64,000 nucleotides of DNA from Candidatus Latescibacterota bacterium (GTDB lineage Bacteria > Latescibacterota > CBDEFO01), in NCBI GenBank assembly GCA_965237525.1, contig CBDEFO010000003.1, forward strand, positions 160,001 through 224,000, read 5' to 3'. A model generated the notes under the pieces. The model was not told the origin of the DNA. It ran no database searches and saw only the letters and a program-made list of their open reading frames with translations. This document shows, one piece after another, positions 1 to 12,422 of the stretch (position 1 is its first letter; every line of letters starts with the position of its first letter). Both the position numbers and the translations under genes were made by a program.

Positions 1-272
1 TCAGTGGTAAAATCCACATGACCTGGAGTGTCAATAATATTTATCCTGTGTTCTCTCCAAAAACACGTGGTCGCAGCCGAAGTGATGGTTATACCGCGTT
101 CTCTCTCCTGATCCATCCAATCCGTCACAGTCGTCCCCTCGTCCACCTCACCTATGCGATGCGTCCGGCCCGTATAGAACAAAATCCGTTCGGTAGTCGT
201 AGTTTTTCCCGCATCTATATGTGCCATTATGCCTATATTACGCGTATTATATAAAAAGCAATCTTTTGACAT
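1..272 (-). CDS. fusA: Elongation factor G, N-terminal part (runs off window start)
   Basis: Manual translation from ATG at 272: [35 protein letters not shown]...[10 protein letters not shown]...[10 protein letters not shown] (G1-G3 motifs); follows rpsL-rpsG. Confidence 0.97.
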   Translation of the reverse strand, partial: MSKDCFLYNTRNIGIMAHIDAGKTTTTERILFYTGRTHRIGEVDEGTTVTDWMDQERERGITITSAATTCFWREHRINIIDTPGHVDFTT

Positions 273-322
273 AGTCTACATCTATCTCAAAGTGTAAAGT
301 GTTCAAACTTGCTGTATCGGAC

Positions 323-793
323 CTACAATCTATAATGAGCAAATGCCCTGTTGGCTTCTGCCATTCTATGGATTTCTTCTCTCCTTCTCATTGACGCCCC
401 TTCGCCTTTGGAAGCGGCCATAAGCTCCGCGGCTAACCGTTCTACCATAGTCTTTTCTGGGCGCTCCTTAGCGTAGGTGATCAGCCATCTTATCGAAAGG
501 GCTGTTTTCCTGTCGGGTGAGAGCTCCATAGGAATCTGATATGTCTGTCCTCCCACCCTTCGGGATCTTACTTCTATTGCAGGCTTGACGTTCTCCACGG
601 CCTTTTGAAAGACCTCTAATCCATTTTGATCTGTTCCCCGTTCGATAATATCCAAAGCACTGTACAGAATTCTTTCTGCTCGGCTCCTCTTGCCTTTCCG
701 CAAAATACAATTGACAAAACGCGTCACCAAGACGCTGCCCCACTTGGGGTCAGGTGAGAGTTCTTTTTTTTCAGGTCTTTTCCTTCTCGCCAT
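323..793 (-). CDS. rpsG: 30S ribosomal protein S7
   Basis: MARRKRPEK...EVRSRRVGGQTYQIP...MAEANRAFAHYR; start moved to ATG 793 behind AGGAG. Confidence 0.97.
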   Translation of the reverse strand: MARRKRPEKKELSPDPKWGSVLVTRFVNCILRKGKRSRAERILYSALDIIERGTDQNGLEVFQKAVENVKPAIEVRSRRVGGQTYQIPMELSPDRKTALSIRWLITYAKERPEKTMVERLAAELMAASKGEGASMRRREEIHRMAEANRAFAHYRL

Positions 794-904
794 CAGATTC
801 TCCTTGTGAGGTCGCTTGACTTTGCTGGCAATATGGTGTGGCACATTGCGCAACAAAGACAAGCCTCCAATAGACAGGAACGCTCAAAGGCAGCACTCTT
901 AAGT

Positions 905-1276
905 TCAGCTGGGCTTCTTTGTGCCATATTTGGATCTCCCCTGCTTCCTGTCAGTAACGCCCATAGTATCCAGAACCCCACGTACTATGTGATACCTCAC
1001 ACCCGCAAGATCCTTAACGTGTCCGCCTCTTATAAGAACAATAGAGTGTTCCTGAAGATTATGACCTTCGCCTGGTATATAAGCTGTCACCTCGATACCG
1101 TTAGTCAACCGTACCCTTGCTGTCTTCCTCAGTGCAGAGTTCGGTTTTCTAGGAGTTGACACCCTTACCTGAACGCACACACCTCTTTTTTGAGGCGATC
1201 CACCAAGTGCTGGTGTGGACGTCTTGTTGGAGGCCTTCTTGCGCCCCTTTCTGATCAATTGATTTATAGTGGGCAA
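905..1276 (-). CDS. rpsL: 30S ribosomal protein S12
   Basis: TTG start, (M)[11 protein letters not shown]...KPNSALRK...[13 protein letters not shown]...RSKYG. Confidence 0.98.
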   Translation of the reverse strand: MPTINQLIRKGRKKASNKTSTPALGGSPQKRGVCVQVRVSTPRKPNSALRKTARVRLTNGIEVTAYIPGEGHNLQEHSIVLIRGGHVKDLAGVRYHIVRGVLDTMGVTDRKQGRSKYGTKKPS

Positions 1277-1294
1277 ACCTAACTCCCTTCTTAA

Positions 1295-1345
1295 AGACAG
1301 TAGGTAGTAGACAGGGCACCGCTTCCCCCTCCCCATTTACTGTCT
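1295..1345. repeat. GTAGACAG-GGGCACC-CCCTCCC interspersed repeat (family A)
   Basis: agacagta...gtagacagggcaccgcttccccctcccc...tactgtct; related copies at about 5641, 10773, 18156, 25151, 25212, 26681, 29647, 41789, 49918, 50550, 52849. Confidence 0.8.
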
Positions 1346-1450
1346 CCTGTCTTTATGCTGCTTGCCGATTACTATCGGGTACGGAGAAAGGGGATTGCCT
1401 GTATGCTGTCTATTGTTTGCTGTCTACTTGTTTATGCTATCCACTTATTT

Positions 1451-4400
1451 TCAGTCGTTTATCGTCAATAGTTCTGGCTGTTTGTCCTTCCCTTCGTCGC
1501 CAAGAACCTCTGCCTCCGGAACTGTCGTCTCATCTTCTTGGGCAGGTTCGCCGTCAGGCTCTGTCAGGGCCTCTATCTCTATTCCTTCGCCTTCTGCGGC
1601 TCTGTAGTACGCGCTTCGGTAATGTGGGGACCCGGTCCCGGCAGGGATCAGGTGTCCGATGATCACGTTTTCCTTGAGTCCTAAAAGTTTATCCACCTTG
1701 CCCTGGATCGCAGCTTCGGTCAGTACTCTGGTCGTCTCCTGGAACGAGGCAGCCGAAATGAAGCTGTCAGTCCTCAAAGATGCCTTAGTTATCCCGAATA
1801 AAATAGGCTCAAATGTCGCCGGCTCTCCGCCTTCTTCCCCCACCTTGTTATTTTCATCTGCGAATTTGAATCTATCGACCTCATCACCTTCCAAAAATTC
1901 TGTATCGCCGGGATCTATCACCCTGACCTTTTGAAGCATCTGACGCACGATCACTTCTACATGCTTATCGTCTATCTTCACGCCCTGGATCCTATAGACT
2001 GCCTGGATCTCGTTCACCAGATATTCCTGAACCTTATATATGCCTTGAATACTTAAGATATCGTGGGGATTTATTGGGCCTTCGTTGAGTCCTTCTCCTG
2101 CTGTAACCCTGTCTTCTTCTCTCACCTTGAGGTGTTTGCCATAGGGGATCACATATTTTCTGTCTTCGCCGTCATCTCCTACCACGATTAGCTCTCTGGA
2201 GCCCCCTACCATTTCGCCCAACTTTACAATACCATCTATTTCGGTCACGACGGCAGGGTTCTTGGGTTTTCTGGCTTCAAATAGCTCGGCTACCCTTGGG
2301 AGTCCCCCAGTAATATCTCTCGTCTTACTCCTTTCCCTGGGTATTTTGACCAGAAGACTTCCGGCAGAAACCTCCTGTTCATCGTGCACGAACAGATGGG
2401 CGCCCACAGGGATGATGTAGTTTCTGATCCTGTTGCTATTTTCGTCTATTATTTCGATTCTGGGACTCAGGGATCTATCTCTTTGCTCTATGATCACTCT
2501 TTCCTTCAGACCCGACGTCTCATCCAATTCCTCGCGGAAGGTCACGTTCTCCACTATATCGGCGAACATGGCTTTCCCCTTAACGTCTGTCAGGATAATA
2601 TTGTTGTACGGATCCCATTCATACAGGAGCTGATTTTCCTTTACAGAATCCCCGTCCTTCACCTTCAAAAGCGCGCCGTAGGCAATATCATGTCTTTCTC
2701 TCGGTCGCTTATAGTCGTCCAGGATCTCTATCTCTCCTTTGCGACTCAAAACCCTCAGGCCTTCTCCTTCTTCTTGGCTTAAGTACTCTACGCATTCAAT
2801 ATCCTTAAACCCTATAGTCCCTTCCCTTTTTGTCTCTATCTTCGATTGTTCGGCGATCCTGCTGGCCGTTCCGCCGATGTGGAACGTCCTCAGCGTCAAC
2901 TGTGTCCCCGGTTCTCCTATGCTTTGAGCCGCTATTACCCCAACTGCATCGCCTATTTCGACGGGCCTGGCTGTGGCCAGGTTTCTCCCATAGCACTTGA
3001 CACATACACCTCTTCTGGACTCGCATGTAAGGACAGAGCGAATGTGCACCGACTCTATCCCGGCGTCCGAGATGGAAGCTGCGATTTCCTCATCTACAAG
3101 CTCATCGGCAGAGGCGATCAGTTCATCTGTGGATGGGTCATAGACATCGTACAAAAGCGTCCTGCCGACGATGCGGTCTGAAAGAGGTTCTACAACTTCT
3201 TCCCCTTCCTTTAGTTCTACAATTTCGATACCAAGTATAGTATTGCAGCCTTCCGCCGTGACGACAATATCTTGAGCCACATCCACCATCTTTCTGGTCA
3301 GATACCCAGCCTCTGCAGTCTTTAAGGCTGTATCTGCAAGTCCCTTTCTGGCACCGTGAGTGGAGATAAAATACTCCAGCACAGATAGTCCCTCTTTGAA
3401 ATTTGCTATAATAGGGGTCTCGATAATCTCACCAACTGCTCCTGTGACCTTTCTTTGAGGCTTTGTCATTGGACCCCTCATTCCGCCCAACTGATTGATC
3501 TGCTCGCTGCTGCCCCTTGCTCCCGAATCCCACATCATATACACAGGATTGAACCCCTCATCTATCTCTTGAAGAGCCTCAACCATAGCCTGAGATACGT
3601 CGGTGGTAGTGTGCTGCCAGACATCAATTGTCTTATTATATCTCTCACCGTCTGTGATGATGCCTCTTGAATACTGATCCTGTATGGTCTTAACCTCTGA
3701 AAGCGCCGCATCTATGAGCTTATCCTTAACCTCCGGAATCACAACATCGTCTATGCCTATGGTCACCCCTGATTTGGTCACATAGTTAAATCCCAGATCC
3801 TTGAGCCTGTCCGCAAATAGGGCGGTCTGTTGACCTCCATACTTTCGGTAGATCTGGGATGTGACTTCCGTGACCTTGCTGTTATTCACAAGCTCGTTTA
3901 CGAACTGATAACCCTGAGGCAGGATCTCGTTGAAGATAATCCTACCCACAGTGGTCTCCAAAAGCTCTCCATCTATCCTTACTTTGATCTCGCTGTTTAG
4001 AGCGATCTTCCCGTGGCTATGAGCTGCCAGGGCCTCGTCCTTATCTGAGAACACTTTCCCTTCGCCCAGATCCTTAGGCCTAACCTTCGTCAGATAGTAG
4101 CATCCCAAAGCTATATCCTGGGGCTTGTCTATCACAACTGGAGAACCGTCCGAAGGCTTCAACAGGTTATTCGACGAAAGCATCAGAACTTTCGCCTCTG
4201 TCTGTGATTCAAAAGACAGGGGCACGTGCACCGCCATCTGATCTCCGTCGAAGTCAGCGTTAAACGCCGCACATACTAAAGGATGGATTTTGATAGCCTT
4301 CCCTTCAACCAGCACGGGCTGAAACGCCTGAATTCCAAGTCTGTGTAGAGTAGGAGCCCTGTTTAGGAGCACGCAGTGCTCGGCTATGATCTCCTCTAAA

Positions 4401-5614
4401 ATATCCCATACTTCGGACTTTTCCTGCTCGACCATCTTCTTGGCGCTCTTGACTGTCTGGACCAAGCCCTTCTCCTGGAGTCTCTTGATGATAAAGGGCT
4501 TAAAGAGTTCCACCGCCATGCTCTTGGGCAGACCGCATTGATGCAGCTTCATTTCTGGCCCTACTACGATCACAGACCTTCCGGAATAATCAACTCTCTT
4601 TCCCAGAAGGTTCTGTCTGAATCTGCCCTGTTTGCCCTTCAAAAGATCAGAAAGGGATTTTAAGGGTCTGTTGCCATTGCCCCTTACGGCTTTTGATCTT
4701 CTCCCATTGTCAAAGAGGGTATCCACAGCTTCCTGGAGCATCCTCTTTTCGTTTCTCAGGATCACTTCGGGGGCCTTAATCTCTATCAGCTTCTTCAGGC
4801 GGTTGTTTCTATTGATCACACGCTTGTACAGATCGTTTAGATCAGAAGTTGCAAATCTTCCACCATCTAGTGGAACCAGCGGCCTCAAATCCGGCGGAAT
4901 AACCGGTATCGCGTCCATAATCATCCACTCTGGTCTATTATTGGACTGCCTGAATGCCTCTACTACTTTCAGTCTCTTTAGGGCATCCTGCTTCCTCTGC
5001 ACAGAGGTCTCCATTCTGGCCTGAGTCCGCAAGCTGGCCGAAAGTTCCTCTATATCTATTTTTTGGAGGACTTTCTTCACGGCGGGCGCCCCTATACCCA
5101 CCTCGAAGTGACACCTTTGTTCCTCCAGGTCGATCACCTCATCCTCAGAAAGGAGATCCTTTTCATTTATCGGGGCATCTCCTTTGTCGATCACTACGTA
5201 CGACTCGTAGTAAAGGATCCTTTCCAAATTTCGTACTGAAATATCCAGAAGATAGCTCATCCTGGAGGGGAGAGATTTGAAATACCATATATGAGATACA
5301 GGAACAGCCAACTTGACATGCCCGAGCCTTTCTCTTCTGACCTTACTCTGAGTTACTTCCACCCCGCACCTGTCGCATATGACGCCTTTGTACCTTATCC
5401 TCTTGTACTTTCCGCAGTGGCACTCCCAATCTTTTACAGGTCCGAATATCCGCTCGCAAAAGAGTCCATCTCTTTCGGGCTTGAACGAACGGTAGTTGAT
5501 AGTCTCGGGTTTGGCCACCTCTCCATGTGACCACTTCAATATACTCTCAGGAGACGCCAACTGAACCCTAATACAATTAAAATCCCTGGACTTCCTTAGC
5601 ATAGAATCGATCAC
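1451..5614 (-). CDS. rpoC: RNA polymerase beta' subunit
   Basis: 1387 aa; NADFDGD catalytic motif, N-terminal zinc finger, [15 protein letters not shown]. Confidence 0.99.
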   Translation of the reverse strand: MIDSMLRKSRDFNCIRVQLASPESILKWSHGEVAKPETINYRSFKPERDGLFCERIFGPVKDWECHCGKYKRIRYKGVICDRCGVEVTQSKVRRERLGHVKLAVPVSHIWYFKSLPSRMSYLLDISVRNLERILYYESYVVIDKGDAPINEKDLLSEDEVIDLEEQRCHFEVGIGAPAVKKVLQKIDIEELSASLRTQARMETSVQRKQDALKRLKVVEAFRQSNNRPEWMIMDAIPVIPPDLRPLVPLDGGRFATSDLNDLYKRVINRNNRLKKLIEIKAPEVILRNEKRMLQEAVDTLFDNGRRSKAVRGNGNRPLKSLSDLLKGKQGRFRQNLLGKRVDYSGRSVIVVGPEMKLHQCGLPKSMAVELFKPFIIKRLQEKGLVQTVKSAKKMVEQEKSEVWDILEEIIAEHCVLLNRAPTLHRLGIQAFQPVLVEGKAIKIHPLVCAAFNADFDGDQMAVHVPLSFESQTEAKVLMLSSNNLLKPSDGSPVVIDKPQDIALGCYYLTKVRPKDLGEGKVFSDKDEALAAHSHGKIALNSEIKVRIDGELLETTVGRIIFNEILPQGYQFVNELVNNSKVTEVTSQIYRKYGGQQTALFADRLKDLGFNYVTKSGVTIGIDDVVIPEVKDKLIDAALSEVKTIQDQYSRGIITDGERYNKTIDVWQHTTTDVSQAMVEALQEIDEGFNPVYMMWDSGARGSSEQINQLGGMRGPMTKPQRKVTGAVGEIIETPIIANFKEGLSVLEYFISTHGARKGLADTALKTAEAGYLTRKMVDVAQDIVVTAEGCNTILGIEIVELKEGEEVVEPLSDRIVGRTLLYDVYDPSTDELIASADELVDEEIAASISDAGIESVHIRSVLTCESRRGVCVKCYGRNLATARPVEIGDAVGVIAAQSIGEPGTQLTLRTFHIGGTASRIAEQSKIETKREGTIGFKDIECVEYLSQEEGEGLRVLSRKGEIEILDDYKRPRERHDIAYGALLKVKDGDSVKENQLLYEWDPYNNIILTDVKGKAMFADIVENVTFREELDETSGLKERVIIEQRDRSLSPRIEIIDENSNRIRNYIIPVGAHLFVHDEQEVSAGSLLVKIPRERSKTRDITGGLPRVAELFEARKPKNPAVVTEIDGIVKLGEMVGGSRELIVVGDDGEDRKYVIPYGKHLKVREEDRVTAGEGLNEGPINPHDILSIQGIYKVQEYLVNEIQAVYRIQGVKIDDKHVEVIVRQMLQKVRVIDPGDTEFLEGDEVDRFKFADENNKVGEEGGEPATFEPILFGITKASLRTDSFISAASFQETTRVLTEAAIQGKVDKLLGLKENVIIGHLIPAGTGSPHYRSAYYRAAEGEGIEIEALTEPDGEPAQEDETTVPEAEVLGDEGKDKQPELLTIND

Positions 5615-5680
5615 TTAAGATACCCCCTAAATAAGTACGTAGTAGACAGCGCACGTCCTCAATTGTTCACTGAGTACTCT

Positions 5681-8600
5681 CTACTCTTGTAAAGCTTCGC
5701 CGTTTTCCAGACGGATATCTAAACCTAAACTCTGAAGTTCCTTTATCAAAACGTTAAACGACTCCGGTATCCCCGGCTCAGGAGAGTTTTCACCCTTGAC
5801 TATGGCCTCGTAGATTTTGGATCTTCCCGCCACATCGTCCGACTTGACTGTCAGCATTTCCTGTAAAAGATGGGCCGCGCCGTAAGCCTCCAGAGCCCAG
5901 ACCTCCATCTCTCCAATGCGCTGACCGCCAAACTGAGCTTTCCCTCCCAGTGGCTGCTGAGTTACGAGTGAATACGGACCGATAGATCGTGCGTGTATCT
6001 TATCTGCCACAAGGTGTGAGAGCTTCATCATATAAAGATAGCCAACTGTAACCTCTTTGTCAAAGGGCTCTCCTGTTCTTCCCTCGAAAAGGACAGTCTT
6101 TCCGCTTTCAGGGAGTCCCGCCTCCTTCAGAGTCGCTTTGACTTCATCCAAAGTTGCCCCGTCGAATACAGGAGTCGCTACATACCTGTTCAGCTCTTTT
6201 GCCGCCCACCCCAAGTGAGTCTCTAATATTTGGCCCAAGTTCATCCTACCTGGAACTCCGAGGGGATTTAGTATAACATCCACTGGCGTTCCATTCGGAA
6301 GATAGGGCATATCCTCCTCGGGCACGATCTTAGACACGACCCCTTTATTCCCGTGTCTTCCTGCCATCTTATCCCCTACCGAGAGTCTCCGCTTCCTTGC
6401 CACGTAAACCTTTATAAGCTGCACAATCCCTGGGGGAAGCTCATCTCCCCTTGTGATCTTATCTATGTTGTGGTCCAAACGTTCCTTCACTGACTCGATC
6501 TCGTCTTGGGCAATCTTTATCAATTGCTCTACGATCCGATTTACTTCATCGTCAGCCGTCCATCCATCCTCTGGCCGAGCTCGGTCAAAATCGATGCTTT
6601 TGAGTAGCTTTTCAGTAAAAACCCGACCTTTATTGACCACCACAGAGTCATCTTCCTTGTTCCAAAGAGTCCTAGATCTTCTGTGTTGCAGGAGTCCTCT
6701 TATCTGTTCATCCCTCAACGATTTGATGTTTTTTATCATACTTTCTGCTTCTACTCTCAGCCCCTCTATCTTTTCTTTATCCACCTTTTTAGTGTTTTCA
6801 TCTCTTTCCTTCCTTGAAAAGACTACTCTTCCCATAACCACGCCGTCCATTCCTGCAGGAGCTCTCAGTGAAGCATCTCTTACGTCCCCCGCCTTCTCAC
6901 CGAAGATAGCCCTTAAGAGTCTTTCCTCGGGTGAAAGCTCAGTTTCACCTTTTGGGGTAACTTTCCCCACCAAGATATCGTTTGGGCCTACTTCTGCCCC
7001 AACACGAATGATCCCGCTTTCATCCAGATTTCTGACGAACTGTTCGTTTACGTTGGGGATCTCTCTTGTTATTTCCTCCACGCCCCTTTTTGTATCCCGC
7101 ACCTGAATCTCGAACTCTTCAATATGTATAGAAGTAAACACATCCTCTTTTAACAGCCTTTCGCTTACCAATATAGCGTCCTCGAAATTACATCCGCTCC
7201 AGGACATAAAAGCCACCAGGACGTTTGCTCCAAGCGCAAGGTCTCCTCTGTCTGTGGATGGACCGTCCGCTAAAACGTCTCCCTTTTGCACCTTATCCTT
7301 TACTCTTACGATGGGCCTTTGATTTACACAGCAGTCGTGATTAGACCTTTTGAACTTAGTCAGGTGGTATCTATCGCAATCGGAGAACCCCAATGAGGAC
7401 GATTCGTCTTTACCTGATTTATCTTTCTTTACCGTGATCCTATCTGCCGTCACCTCTATTACCTGTCCGGAGTTTTTGGCCATAATCATAACTCCGGAGT
7501 CCATCGCAGTCTTGCGCTCGATTCCTGTGCCTACGTATGGAGCATGCGTCTTCAAAAGAGGGACGCCCTGACGCTGCATATTCGACCCCATTAAGGCTCT
7601 ATTTGCATCGTCGTGCTCCAAGAAGGGGATCAGTGCTGCAGCCACGCTTACCAACTGCTTGGGGGACACGTCCATATAGTCTATCTCTTTTGGATACACG
7701 ATGGGGAAATCTCCTCTCTTTCTGGCCTTAACCAAAGAATCAGAAAACCTCCCGTTTTTATCTAATTTCGAATTAGCCTGAGCTATAGTGTACCTATCCT
7801 CGGTATCTGCAGACAGATACTCTATCTTTGAGGTCACTTTTCCGTTTTTCACCACCCTGTAGGGAGTCTCCAAGAACCCGAGCGAGTTTACCCTTGTATA
7901 GGTGCTCAACGAGGCAATAAGACCGATGTTAGGACCCTCTGGCGTCTCTATAGGACATATCCTCCCGTAGTGGGTGTGATGCACGTCCCTGACCTCAAAT
8001 CCTGCTCGATCCTTTGTCAAGCCTCCCGGTCCAAGAGCCGAAAGTCTCCTTTTGTGCGTCAACTCATCCAAAGGATTTATCTGCGCCATAAACTGAGAAA
8101 GCTGGCCGCTTCCGAAGAACGACATTATGCCTGTCGAGACTGTCCTTGCATTCACAAGTGCTTGAGGCGTTAGAGAATCGCTGTCTCTTAAGCTCATTCG
8201 CTCTCTTATAGTCTTTGCCATTCTGGAGAGCCCAGCTGAAAACTGTTTTGATGCGAGTTCTCCGACCGATCTCACCCTCCGATTGCCCAGATGATCTATA
8301 TCGTCTGTGTAGCCGCCGCCCCTGTGAAGCTCCGAGAGATAGCCTATGATGCTGATAAAATCCTTCTTATGAAGAACTGTGCTTTTGAGGGGTATGTCCA
8401 GTTGCAGACGCTGATTTATCCTGTAGCGCCCCACTTCTCCAAGGTTATAGCGCTTAGGGTTAAAAAATAGCTTCTCCAAGTGACTTTTAGCTGTCTCAAC
8501 GTTAGGAGGATCACCCGGCCTCAGAAGGCTATATATCCTAGACAAGGCCTCCTCTTGGCTGTCGCACGTATCCTTATTTAACGTATTCTTTATGACCCCA

Positions 8601-9628
8601 TTTTCTACCTCTTCTGGATCCATACTGACGACTTCTATACGCTTGATACCGGACTTTTGGAGAGACATTACGGAATTCTCTGTTACAACCTCGAATTCTT
8701 GAAGAGTAAGCTCCCCGTTCGACTCGTCCACGATATCCTCAAGGCAGATATGCCCGATTATGTCTTCATCTACAGTCCTTCTTTGGCTGGAGAGCACCTG
8801 AACTTCCTTTACCCCGACGCTTTTGATAATCTCAAGGTGCTCTGTATCCAGCTTTGTGAGCCAGTCTATCAGGACCTCTCCGGAATCCTTGTCTAATATC
8901 TCATCCATCAAGATTTGGTTCGCCAAATTCTTATCTATCTTCTTTGACTTCCTTGATCCATGGAACACAGCAAGGATGTGACCCTCAGTGGGGAATCCTA
9001 AAGCCCTCAGAAGGACTGTTACGGGGATCTTTCTTTTTCGTTCGATCTGGACATACATAAGGTCGTTTATGTCCATGCTGAACTCGAACCATGTGCCTCT
9101 GTCGGGTATAACCCTCGCTGAGTAGAGGTTCTTTCCGTTGGGGTGAGTCGTTTCGTCGAAGAAGCAGCCGGGAGATCGATGAAGCTGACTTACTATCACC
9201 TTTTCGACCCCATTGATTACAAACGTCCCGTTTTGGGTCATTAGTGGAAGCTCACCTAAAAAGACAGATTGTTCTATAATATCCTTTATCTTTTCCTTAT
9301 CCTGACGGTCCCTGGAAATAAGCCTCAAAGTCGCCTTCAGGGGCGCTGCATAGGTCGAATCTCTTTCCTGGCACTCCTTGATGCTGTATTTGGGTTTGCC
9401 CATAGAGTAGTTGACAAACTCCAAAGTATATGCATTGTGAATATCGGAGATCGGGAAAATACCCCTGAATACCGACTGAAGGCCCTTATTTTCTCTCTTT
9501 TCAGGCGGTACATCAGCTTGAAGAAACAAATCATAAGAATTGATCTGGATATCCAAAAGATCGGGTAATTCGATAATCTCAGGCGTCTTGGCGTAGGACT
9601 TACGCGCTATAATTCCTATCTCGTCCAA
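5681..9628 (-). CDS. rpoB: RNA polymerase beta subunit
   Basis: 1315 aa; [33 protein letters not shown]. Confidence 0.99.
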   Translation of the reverse strand: MDEIGIIARKSYAKTPEIIELPDLLDIQINSYDLFLQADVPPEKRENKGLQSVFRGIFPISDIHNAYTLEFVNYSMGKPKYSIKECQERDSTYAAPLKATLRLISRDRQDKEKIKDIIEQSVFLGELPLMTQNGTFVINGVEKVIVSQLHRSPGCFFDETTHPNGKNLYSARVIPDRGTWFEFSMDINDLMYVQIERKRKIPVTVLLRALGFPTEGHILAVFHGSRKSKKIDKNLANQILMDEILDKDSGEVLIDWLTKLDTEHLEIIKSVGVKEVQVLSSQRRTVDEDIIGHICLEDIVDESNGELTLQEFEVVTENSVMSLQKSGIKRIEVVSMDPEEVENGVIKNTLNKDTCDSQEEALSRIYSLLRPGDPPNVETAKSHLEKLFFNPKRYNLGEVGRYRINQRLQLDIPLKSTVLHKKDFISIIGYLSELHRGGGYTDDIDHLGNRRVRSVGELASKQFSAGLSRMAKTIRERMSLRDSDSLTPQALVNARTVSTGIMSFFGSGQLSQFMAQINPLDELTHKRRLSALGPGGLTKDRAGFEVRDVHHTHYGRICPIETPEGPNIGLIASLSTYTRVNSLGFLETPYRVVKNGKVTSKIEYLSADTEDRYTIAQANSKLDKNGRFSDSLVKARKRGDFPIVYPKEIDYMDVSPKQLVSVAAALIPFLEHDDANRALMGSNMQRQGVPLLKTHAPYVGTGIERKTAMDSGVMIMAKNSGQVIEVTADRITVKKDKSGKDESSSLGFSDCDRYHLTKFKRSNHDCCVNQRPIVRVKDKVQKGDVLADGPSTDRGDLALGANVLVAFMSWSGCNFEDAILVSERLLKEDVFTSIHIEEFEIQVRDTKRGVEEITREIPNVNEQFVRNLDESGIIRVGAEVGPNDILVGKVTPKGETELSPEERLLRAIFGEKAGDVRDASLRAPAGMDGVVMGRVVFSRKERDENTKKVDKEKIEGLRVEAESMIKNIKSLRDEQIRGLLQHRRSRTLWNKEDDSVVVNKGRVFTEKLLKSIDFDRARPEDGWTADDEVNRIVEQLIKIAQDEIESVKERLDHNIDKITRGDELPPGIVQLIKVYVARKRRLSVGDKMAGRHGNKGVVSKIVPEEDMPYLPNGTPVDVILNPLGVPGRMNLGQILETHLGWAAKELNRYVATPVFDGATLDEVKATLKEAGLPESGKTVLFEGRTGEPFDKEVTVGYLYMMKLSHLVADKIHARSIGPYSLVTQQPLGGKAQFGGQRIGEMEVWALEAYGAAHLLQEMLTVKSDDVAGRSKIYEAIVKGENSPEPGIPESFNVLIKELQSLGLDIRLENGEALQE

Positions 9629-9763
9629 ATCAGCTCACGCTCCTTAAGTTAGAAAATGACGAACCATAAACGAACGTTAAGGGCTTCAAGGGCCAGCCCT
9701 TTTCACCGTTCACATCTTTAGAGGCAGAAGGCATTTCTAACTGATACTTGACTTTTTAGATTC

Positions 9764-10162
9764 CTACTTTATCTCAACTGTAGCGCCGACCTCTTCGAGT
9801 TTGGCCTTAATATCTTCGACTTCTTCTTTGGATGCGCCTTCCTTAACGGAGTTAGGGGCACCATCCACCAGAGCCTTAGCCTCCTTGAGTCCTAAATCTG
9901 TCAGCGATCTTACCACCTTTATAACCTGAATCTTCTTTTCTCCGACCTCGGTCAGGATCGCATCGAACTCTGTCTGTTCCTCCTCCTGGGGAGCCTCAGC
10001 CTCTGCACTGGGAGCAGCGGCTCCAGACAATACGCCGGGAGCAATCGCAGTTACGCCGAACTCGTCCTCCAAAGACTTCACAAGGTCTGTCAACTCCAAG
10101 ACTGATAACTCCTTGATAGATTTGATAATTTCTTCAACGCCGCTCTTGCTTTTAACAGCCAT
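9764..10162 (-). CDS. rplL: 50S ribosomal protein L7/L12
   Basis: [10 protein letters not shown]...KIQVIKVVR...LGLKEAK; position upstream of rpoB. Confidence 0.97.
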   Translation of the reverse strand: MAVKSKSGVEEIIKSIKELSVLELTDLVKSLEDEFGVTAIAPGVLSGAAAPSAEAEAPQEEEQTEFDAILTEVGEKKIQVIKVVRSLTDLGLKEAKALVDGAPNSVKEGASKEEVEDIKAKLEEVGATVEIK

Positions 10163-10208
10163 ATTTACTACCCTCCAATTCTACTGTCGTTAAGCAAATG
10201 TATAATTA

Positions 10209-10742
10209 TCATCCCGATTTATCTTCTTCTTGTCTTTTCTTGGCTACAGCATCCAAGGTGCGCACTAATTTTGAGGAGATCCCAGCCAAAGCCCAGACTA
10301 ATCTGAAGATCGGAGACTGCACCCCTTGGACCACCTTGGCTAAAATCTCATCCTTTGGCAAAACCTTCGACAGAGCATCTATTTGATCCACATTGAAGAA
10401 GCTTCCCTCTACAAGTCCGCTCTTGATAGTTGGCTTTCCGGTGTCCGTGGCAAACTTTTTTAACAGTCTTGCAGGTGCCACAGGGTCACCTTCTGTATAA
10501 GCAATAGCAATAGGGCCTGTTAAGAATTCTTTTAACTGGGGAAGCCCTGCCTTATCTGCCGCAAGCCTCGTCAGAGAATCCTTTACGACCCGATAAGAGA
10601 TTGAGGATTCCTTCAACGTCCTCCTCATGTCCGTCATAGACTGTACATTTATGCCCGTAAAGTCCGTCAGGAATATGCCGCTGGACGAAGAAAGAATATT
10701 CGTCAGCTCTTCCACAATCGCTTCTTTTTCAGGTGCAGGCAT
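10209..10742 (-). CDS. rplJ: 50S ribosomal protein L10
   Basis: EKEAIVEEL...TDFTGINV...YRVVKDSL...GPIAIAY; upstream of rplL. Confidence 0.95.
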   Translation of the reverse strand: MPAPEKEAIVEELTNILSSSSGIFLTDFTGINVQSMTDMRRTLKESSISYRVVKDSLTRLAADKAGLPQLKEFLTGPIAIAYTEGDPVAPARLLKKFATDTGKPTIKSGLVEGSFFNVDQIDALSKVLPKDEILAKVVQGVQSPIFRLVWALAGISSKLVRTLDAVAKKRQEEDKSG

Positions 10743-10772
10743 GATCTTTTATCCTTGCCACTTATCCGTGAG

Positions 10773-10837
10773 AATAGACAGCATACAGAGAAGGGAGGAG
10801 ATACCCCTGTCTACCCCCGATTGAATCTATCGGGGGT
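10773..10837. repeat. Family A repeat fused to palindrome acccccgattgaatctatcgggggt (family B)
   Basis: atagacagcatacagagaagggaggagatacccctgtctac followed directly by the 24-25 nt palindrome. Confidence 0.85.
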
Positions 10838-10856
10838 TACTTATCATCTGTCAAGA

Positions 10857-10894
10857 ATCCCCACGCTCCGTGTGCATCCCCACACTCTGTGTGC
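10857..10894. repeat. 19-nt tandem direct repeat, REP-like
   Basis: atccccacgctccgtgtgc / atccccacactctgtgtgc (2 mismatches). Confidence 0.7.
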
Positions 10895-11150
10895 GGAATC
10901 TTATCTTTACCGAGTGATCTTTTGATATCATAGCTAATAATTGCGAATTCTCTGCGGGTTGAGATTATCAGGGGATTTACGATAGCTTTCTCTTTTTCTT
11001 AATACAATTTCCCCGCTGAGACCTGCCCGAGCACCTCCCAGGATAAGAGATTCGAACGGTTCTCCCTCATCTTGGAAGTAGCTTCAATCCAAAGCATGAT
11101 CCGTTTACATTGAGGGGTTGCTTATTGTCCGCGAAGATCTCATTTTCTCT

Positions 11151-11592
11151 TTATCTAAGTCCAGATTGCCAGTATTCCGCCTGAAATAACCTGAAATAAT
11201 AAGTAGAACTAAAATGTAATGTATTAATAAAGTAGGGTTTTACCGGTTTGTCTTCCCACAAAACGCTGGCCAGTAGAACTGGGCAGATGAATCCAATCCA
11301 AACCAAAAAACCCGCCTCTACTCCTTGAAGTGAAGAGGTTGCATGCGTATACGCAATAATGTTGGCTAGTACGTAACTCATTAATAATACTCCAATAAAC
11401 GCTGACACATAAGATTTGCCCATTCCCTTTGCTTTTTCTTTTTCCAGCTCCTCTTCACTCATGCCAATAAGTCTTACCCATGCATTTCCGAACAGAATTG
11501 GAGAGTACCATAATGCTCCTATTACGCTTGGTGTACATAGAAATAAGCGATACTATGAAAACTGCTGGAAGGTTAATTTCTGGTAGTGGCAT
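11151..11592 (-). pseudogene. DUF1761-like membrane protein pseudogene inside the rplA-rplJ interval
   Basis: MPLPEINLPAVFIVSLISM, then an apparent 10-nt insertion, then VIGALWYSPILFGNAW...; further frameshift and a 10-nt tandem duplication (cctgaaataa x2, 11180-11199) near the 3' end. Confidence 0.75.
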
Positions 11593-11659
11593 CTTATTTT
11601 AGTGTGTTGGGTGCTGGACTTTAAGGAGCTTTCGGGATATAGGTCTCTACCCTGAATCT

Positions 11660-12355
11660 TTATTTGTTGGTCAGGACCGACTCACTCAGTTTGATTCCCG
11701 GACTCATTGTAGATGAAAGCGTAATAGACCTTACATACTGTCCTTTTGCCGCAGGAGGTCTTGCTCTCAGAATAGCGGTAAAAAGCGCCTTCGAGTTTTC
11801 CTTCAATTCTTCATCCTCAAACGATATTTTGCCCACAGGGACGTGGACATTCCCTGTGTTGTCCACCCTAAACTCTACTCGACCAGCTTTGGCCTCTTTC
11901 ACGGCCTTTCCTACTTCCTGGGTAACCGTACCGCTCTTAGGGTTCGGCATAAGTCCACGGGGACCCAATATCCTTCCGAGCTTTCCCACCTTACTCATCA
12001 TCGCGGGCACAGCTATAGCTAGATCGAAATCTGTCCATCCGCCTGATATTCTCTGGACTAACTCGTCTGCCCCTACGTAATCTGCTCCAGACTCTTTGGC
12101 TTCCTCAGCCAATTCACCCTCAGCAAATACCAAAACTACTGTCTGTCTTCCCGTACCGTGAGGTAACACCAGCGTTTCCCTTACTATTTGATCGGCATGC
12201 CTTGGATCTACTCCCAGCCGCATAGAAACTTCCACGGTCTCATCAAACTTGCTCTTATGCATTCCCTTTAATAGTTTCAATCCCTCCTCTAGGCCGTAAC
12301 GGTCTTTCCGGTCGAAAGTCGAAACGTTTTCTTTATATTTTTTGCCCCTGAACAT
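11660..12355 (-). CDS. rplA: 50S ribosomal protein L1
   Basis: KFDETVE...[10 protein letters not shown]...LPHGTG...[15 protein letters not shown]; start set to ATG 12355 behind GAGG. Confidence 0.97.
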   Translation of the reverse strand: MFRGKKYKENVSTFDRKDRYGLEEGLKLLKGMHKSKFDETVEVSMRLGVDPRHADQIVRETLVLPHGTGRQTVVLVFAEGELAEEAKESGADYVGADELVQRISGGWTDFDLAIAVPAMMSKVGKLGRILGPRGLMPNPKSGTVTQEVGKAVKEAKAGRVEFRVDNTGNVHVPVGKISFEDEELKENSKALFTAILRARPPAAKGQYVRSITLSSTMSPGIKLSESVLTNK

Positions 12356-12422
12356 ACGAAGTTCCTCATTTATTGTGAGAGCATAAGCTCTTGCAACCAT
12401 ACCTCAAAGTTTTGCTGCAGCT

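Noticed and set aside
1451..9628. Inteins or introns in rpoB/rpoC
   Set aside because: Lengths are ordinary, frames are continuous and no splicing motifs were seen.
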